Positions 59,123 to 64,000 of a stretch of 64,000 nucleotides of DNA are shown piece by piece. Every line of letters begins with the position of its first letter. Position 1 is the first letter of the stretch. The translations under genes and the position numbers were made by a program. Below the pieces are notes generated by a model. That model ran no database searches. It was given only the letters and a program-made list of their open reading frames with translations, and was not told the DNA's origin. The DNA comes from a virus (Duplodnaviria > Caudoviricetes): positions 1 through 64,000 of the IMG/VR virus record IMGVR_UViG_3300028797_000118; one strand, written 5' to 3'.

Positions 59123-60586
59123 TTAACTTCCTTTATGATCGTTTTTGATAGTGCAATATCCAATTTCATTCCATTTATTCCATTGAGCTTCCCATTGATA
59201 AATGATTTGATTTGAATCCTCATCATTTCTTGTTTTATTGATAAATACAACTATATACTTTTTTTCGGGATCAAGAGTAAGATAATTTTTTTCCTTATTT
59301 TCTTTATCCCAAGTCCAAGCTCTGCAATCATTTTTTTCTCCGGTGTATTCATCATTCCAAAGTCTTCTCATCATAATTAATTCTGATACGACTTCTTTAA
59401 CTTGCTTGGAACCGGCTAAACAACTTGCATCAAGGAAGCGTTGATTCGTTGTATAAAGAGCTTGCTGAAAAGTCATAACCATGCTTACATTAAGTTGAGA
59501 GACCAAATTGAATACTCTCCTGGAATTTTTTAAAAGCTGAAGCCATTCATCTTTTCCATTGGAGATATCATCATTTTTAAAAGTATCCCATATAAAACAC
59601 TTATATCCTTTATGTGCATACTTTTTCATATACTTCATAAGTATGGTTGTATTATTATCAAAGAGCTTAATAAACTTAATATTATTATATTTTGTTTTGG
59701 AAATTTCGGCAGCTTTTTTCATCATTTCTATCTCTTCTTCGCTGAACTTTCCGATTTTTATTTTTTTCCTTGTAAGGCCATAATAACCAAGATCATGAGT
59801 TAAGATATGAACCATAAGCAAATGTCTGTAAGCTTCTGCTTTCATTTCATTTGAAAAAATAACTACCGGAGTTTTATTTTCAGCGAGAGCAACTGCCATA
59901 TTTTCAAAAGCAAAACTTGTTTTCCCTCCACCTGAAGCGCCAGAAATAAGATAACAATCTCCAAATGGTAATCCAAGGGTAATATAATTTAAAATTGGAC
60001 AAGCATTTCCATAATATATTCCATTAGATTCTCCATTTTTACATCTTTGAATGTAATTATCGTCAATGATAAGATCTTCTGATTCAACTCCATGAGAAGA
60101 TGACATAGCTATAGAGCTATTTAAAACTTCAAAAACACCATAGACCTCATCGTTTGATATAGTTGAAAGCTGTTCTATTTTATTAGTAAAAAGGTCTTCA
60201 TATTTTTCTGCAATAACTGCAAGAGAATTCATTTTAGTAATTGAATCGTAATAACTGGTTACGTTATCGCAGTCAATAAGTTCTTCTAAATCTTTAATGG
60301 ATTGATATCCACCATACCGTTCATATTTCTTTTTTATTTCTGGAAGATCTGATAAAAATGCTTCAAGTGTTATTGCATCAAAATGACGTATTCCTTGTTC
60401 ATATAACATACGTCCAAGATTCCAATAAAATTTTGCATCTTCATTTTTTAAAGTTTTATCACCATTTGCATTAACCTCTTTATATTCTTCATATAATGAT
60501 GGATCCTCCCAACAAGAAAAAACAAAACAAGCTTCTTTTTTTTCTCGATCCTTATTTATTTTTTTTAGCGTTTCTTGTAAATCCAC
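59123..60586 (-). CDS. dnaB: DnaB-like replicative helicase
   Basis: SGASGGGKT Walker A, FSNEM, IWDTFK, TFQ, NKTR. Confidence 0.88.
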   Translation of the reverse strand: MDLQETLKKINKDREKKEACFVFSCWEDPSLYEEYKEVNANGDKTLKNEDAKFYWNLGRMLYEQGIRHFDAITLEAFLSDLPEIKKKYERYGGYQSIKDLEELIDCDNVTSYYDSITKMNSLAVIAEKYEDLFTNKIEQLSTISNDEVYGVFEVLNSSIAMSSSHGVESEDLIIDDNYIQRCKNGESNGIYYGNACPILNYITLGLPFGDCYLISGASGGGKTSFAFENMAVALAENKTPVVIFSNEMKAEAYRHLLMVHILTHDLGYYGLTRKKIKIGKFSEEEIEMMKKAAEISKTKYNNIKFIKLFDNNTTILMKYMKKYAHKGYKCFIWDTFKNDDISNGKDEWLQLLKNSRRVFNLVSQLNVSMVMTFQQALYTTNQRFLDASCLAGSKQVKEVVSELIMMRRLWNDEYTGEKNDCRAWTWDKENKEKNYLTLDPEKKYIVVFINKTRNDEDSNQIIYQWEAQWNKWNEIGYCTIKNDHKGS

Positions 60587-61093
60587 TTACAGATCCCCCA
60601 AGATATCAGTAATATGATCTTCGCCTTTAAGTATAATTCTGCCAGCAGTTAAATCATTTGGCGGTATTATATTATGTATTTTTTGTATTTGTTCTTTGCG
60701 GTTATGAAAATCTTTATAGACATCAATTGCAGAATTCTTTAGGATGCCTTGATAATATAAAAGGCGATGAACTTCCGAATCAAATTCTTTATTTTCATTG
60801 GCCCAAATGAATTTTTTTTTGTTCTTTAATATTGTTTCATAAAGAACATCATATCCAATTGCCTTGCCTAAGCTATTGATGATTTTATTAAGAATAGGTG
60901 GAACGATGACATAATTTGCTATTTCGCAAATAGTGTCAATACAGAGATTGCGATATTCCGCATCCTTTTTTGTTTTGTTATATGTCTCTTTATTAATATA
61001 GTACTTTCCATTTGGTGCTTTATAAAATACGTCTGAAGTTCCCCATTGTTTTGTAACCTGACATCTGACTTTTCTTGCCATTGAAACCTCCAT
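60587..61093 (-). CDS. Hypothetical replication protein (possible helicase loader/adaptor)
   Basis: Abuts helicase start; role inferred from position only. Confidence 0.5.
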   Translation of the reverse strand: MEVSMARKVRCQVTKQWGTSDVFYKAPNGKYYINKETYNKTKKDAEYRNLCIDTICEIANYVIVPPILNKIINSLGKAIGYDVLYETILKNKKKFIWANENKEFDSEVHRLLYYQGILKNSAIDVYKDFHNRKEQIQKIHNIIPPNDLTAGRIILKGEDHITDILGDL

Positions 61094-61130
61094 TTATGCA
61101 ATAAAGGCGAGATAAATTCTCGCCTTCACT

Positions 61131-62270
61131 TTATGCATTAAGAAGATCAAGAATATTCTCTAAACACTTTGTTGGAAAGACTTCCGGATCTTTGAATGAA
61201 GAAAATCCGTTTTCTTTCATATAATCTTTTACTTCCTCTTGTATATCTTTAGTAGCTGACTTCATTGCAGTTTTGATTTCTCCGAGAAGTTCAACGTTTC
61301 TTTCGATATCATAACTATCATGTTTTTCTTTTATAGATTTAGAATTTGCCAAAGCTTTTTTTTCTGCTTCAGCTTCATTTTTATCATCTTCTTTTTTTCT
61401 TTCGCTTAAAGAAACTCCTGCATTTTCAACCTCTTTTTTAAGAGCATCTTCAATTGCATTTATAAATGCATTTGGATCAAAAGGAATTTCTTCAACGATA
61501 TATTTAAGTCTTCCGCCTGCATCAATTGCGTAGTTAGAATCTCTAAATTTAATCATACGAACTTCATCCTTAACTACACCTTTCATTATGTCTTTCCCTT
61601 TGTTGTCTTTTTTGCCTGTTTTTTCGCTTACGATATTGAGATCCACATATGCAACGGCAATCAAATCTATATTTCTTTTAAGTCTTCCAAAGTATTTTTG
61701 TGCAACATCAGAAGTAAGAAGTTGATAAGTGCGATTAGAATACTGATCTTGGACTTCTTTATTTTTGACATGCATTATGTAATTTACTTTAATCCCTACA
61801 TTTTCTAAACGAGCAATCATTTCTTCAAGAAGATCTCCGGCCTTATCAAGACCACGCTGCCATCCTCCATAGATTGCGTAAATACTATCTTTTCTTTCTT
61901 CAGGATTATCTTTATTCCATATTCTGATAGCTTCTTGTTCTGCTAAAGCTATTGCATTATCCCATGTATCGATAATGATGGTTTTAAGATCGGGATAGGT
62001 TTCCCTATTTTCTTCGATATCTGTTACAATTTCATCAAATTTGCTCCAAGTCTTAACGTTTTCATAATTGATACCTTCAATATGTGAAGCGCCCTTTTCT
62101 CGATACATTTCAAGAAACATATATCCATTTTCTCCGGCAACTTTTTCATATACTTCTTTTAAAAGAGTTGTCTTTCCGACTTTTGGAATACCCATAAAGA
62201 TTAAGCTGGTATCCAGGATATTTAATGAAACATGATTTCGATGTCCAAATTTTCCCATAGAATATTCCAC
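61131..62270 (-). CDS. Sak4-like AAA ATPase (putative single-strand annealing protein)
   Basis: GIPKVGKTT, IIIDT, GGW..G, IMH, AGGRL. Confidence 0.8.
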   Translation of the reverse strand: MEYSMGKFGHRNHVSLNILDTSLIFMGIPKVGKTTLLKEVYEKVAGENGYMFLEMYREKGASHIEGINYENVKTWSKFDEIVTDIEENRETYPDLKTIIIDTWDNAIALAEQEAIRIWNKDNPEERKDSIYAIYGGWQRGLDKAGDLLEEMIARLENVGIKVNYIMHVKNKEVQDQYSNRTYQLLTSDVAQKYFGRLKRNIDLIAVAYVDLNIVSEKTGKKDNKGKDIMKGVVKDEVRMIKFRDSNYAIDAGGRLKYIVEEIPFDPNAFINAIEDALKKEVENAGVSLSERKKEDDKNEAEAEKKALANSKSIKEKHDSYDIERNVELLGEIKTAMKSATKDIQEEVKDYMKENGFSSFKDPEVFPTKCLENILDLLNA

Positions 62271-62276
62271 CTTTCT

Positions 62277-63377
62277 TTAATCGCCAAATAAATCATCAAG
62301 ATCATTATTTGAATCTTCTTTTTTATTTTCAGTATTCTCAGGTGGATTCATCATATCTTCAAAGTTCTCCTGAGCACTTGGAATATATATATGACTTTCA
62401 AAATCAGGATCATCAAGAACTATCATGCCATCTGCATAGTCTCCTATGAGATTAAATCCTTTATAATTAAATGTGATTTTACGATCACCATATATATTCC
62501 CTTTTGGTCTAAAATCATTAAGCTCTGCAAGACCAAGTTTTATCATCTGTTTTTGATTATCAGTAAGTTGGCTTTCATCGAATTCAACTTCTTCATTTCC
62601 ATTAGAATATGAAAGAGTAATTCCAATCTGATAATATTTGTTTTTCTTGAGTTTACTTACAATCTCTTTATCTTCATCCATCGCAAGACCAATCTGTTTA
62701 AATTGGAAATTTATTTTTTCAAAATGAATTTCATTATCAAGATCAGCTTTATGACAATCAAAGATTACTTGCTTCGATATATATACTCCTTTATGATCCT
62801 TATCAAGATTTTCTTTTGTCCAACCATTGATATAGATCTTCTTTTCCTTTTTCCAATCAGCAGAATCGATACTCTCTTTATTAAAGTAAAAATCACCACT
62901 AACTCTTAATTGATTTTTTTTAGTATCGTTTTCTTCAAGTTCATACATATGCTGAATTTCAAAACGATCTGTTATTTTCCCTTTATATTCATTTTTACGA
63001 ACTCTTCCGGTTATAGTAAATCTTTTCCCGTTTATTTTATCTATATTATCTTTTGCAAAAAGAATAAAATCGTATGCTGATAAAAACTCATATCGACTTT
63101 TGTCAATAAAAGTAATAACAGTTTTATTAGTTGCTTTTTTAAGATGCTCTTCTTTAAATCGATCTTCCCAATCGATTTCATTTTCTACGTTGTTGGAATC
63201 ATAATATTTGATCTGATCATATTTAAAAGATGTTACTTCACAATATGCTCTATTATTTGGAGCTGCGATACATGTAAGATTAAGAGTATAACCATCATAG
63301 TTATCAATCTTTTTAAAGAATGGGACTTTTGCTTCTAGTTTATTTGCTTCAATCTTTCCTGTAAAATTGAATCTCAT
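62277..63377 (-). CDS. Putative single-stranded DNA-binding protein
   Basis: Beta-rich, acidic tail DLDDLFGD, directly upstream of the Sak4-like gene. Confidence 0.6.
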   Translation of the reverse strand: MRFNFTGKIEANKLEAKVPFFKKIDNYDGYTLNLTCIAAPNNRAYCEVTSFKYDQIKYYDSNNVENEIDWEDRFKEEHLKKATNKTVITFIDKSRYEFLSAYDFILFAKDNIDKINGKRFTITGRVRKNEYKGKITDRFEIQHMYELEENDTKKNQLRVSGDFYFNKESIDSADWKKEKKIYINGWTKENLDKDHKGVYISKQVIFDCHKADLDNEIHFEKINFQFKQIGLAMDEDKEIVSKLKKNKYYQIGITLSYSNGNEEVEFDESQLTDNQKQMIKLGLAELNDFRPKGNIYGDRKITFNYKGFNLIGDYADGMIVLDDPDFESHIYIPSAQENFEDMMNPPENTENKKEDSNNDLDDLFGD

Positions 63378-63396
63378 AAATTTGATCTCCTTTAAT

Positions 63397-63609
63397 TCAA
63401 TCTATTCCATTGTGAGTATGTTTGCTTGCCATACCTGCAAGATAATGAATATCCTTAAGCGGAGAAATCCCTTTGTAACCACATTTAGGACATTCATGCT
63501 CTTCTACTTCAGTGTTATAAAGTTTTCTCTTTGTAACAATTGTTTCATTCCAATAGAATTGAGATTTACATCTTGAGCAGATGCACTTGATTTCGCTATA
63601 ATCTCCCAT
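63397..63609 (-). CDS. Zinc-ribbon protein
   Basis: CSRC...CPKCG; RBS AAGGAG. Confidence 0.6.
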   Translation of the reverse strand: MGDYSEIKCICSRCKSQFYWNETIVTKRKLYNTEVEEHECPKCGYKGISPLKDIHYLAGMASKHTHNGID

Positions 63610-63637
63610 ACATCAACTCCTTTTTTTGAGTTATTCT

Positions 63638-63685
63638 AATTATAATTCCTGATAAAAGTTGATGTCAATGCTTAATTTTAACAAT
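63638..63685 (-). promoter_or_regulatory. Promoter of the SSB/Sak4/helicase operon with upstream repeated motif
   Basis: ATTGTTAAAATTA-N4-TTGACA-N18-TATAAT. Confidence 0.7.
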
Positions 63686-63727
63686 CAAGACAAACAAGAT
63701 TTGCTATCTTGAAAAAGATAGCAAATA

Positions 63728-63958
63728 CTAGTCTGCTTCGAAAATAAAATATGATCCATCTTTAAAAATTAAATAAAGACAATTATCATCTGCTTTTATA
63801 GATTGAATATTTGCTTTTTTGATTGAATGATAGCTATCATCTTCATACATAATCTCAATTGTTTCAGTGTAATCCCAGCAAATACCAACTGTTTTGGAGA
63901 TCCCCCCTCCAACAGTTTGTGTAGATTTGTTAGATTCTATAACAGTAACGTTTTCCAT
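63728..63958 (-). CDS. Hypothetical protein
   Basis: 76 aa ORF; true start uncertain. Confidence 0.45.
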   Translation of the reverse strand: MENVTVIESNKSTQTVGGGISKTVGICWDYTETIEIMYEDDSYHSIKKANIQSIKADDNCLYLIFKDGSYFIFEAD

Positions 63959-64000
63959 TTCATATAAACGTCTTAGGAATTCTGTTATATTAACACAATT

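Noticed and set aside
647-63576. Many 60-260 aa ORFs antisense to or nested in long genes (e.g. 21734-22510, 8877-9389, 9714-10217, 37252-37617)
   Set aside because: They lack RBSs and recognisable motifs and have the I/F/S-rich composition expected of shadow frames in AT-rich DNA.

Overview
64 kb of an AT-rich, large tailed phage genome, probably an SPbeta-like siphovirus of a clostridial host (host is inferred), that also carries a complete plasmid-type maintenance module, i.e. a likely phage-plasmid. The + strand (1-34.5 kb) holds the 3' part of the tape measure gene, tail-tip genes, a CHAP-GH25-SH3 endolysin and many fibre/adaptor genes interrupted by a four-gene Q/N-rich plus ferritin-like module. 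These are followed by an AT-rich putative centromere, parA with an RHH partner, a type I toxin-antitoxin locus, 22-bp iterons, a Rep_3 initiator, small genes and a solo tnpB. The - strand (34.6-64 kb) holds an anticodon-less initiator-tRNA-like RNA, DNA polymerase III alpha, an HNH nuclease, C5 methyltransferases, a Cas4-like nuclease, primase, cysteine desulfurase, an ~8 kb array of short genes built from shared peptide modules, a DnaB helicase, a Sak4-like ATPase and a putative SSB. An IS200/IS605 element (36170-38125) splits a second type I toxin gene, so its TnpB guide matches the intact toxin allele. Two orphan antitoxin-like sRNA genes lie beside the TA loci. All calls come from reading motifs by eye; no database searches were run.
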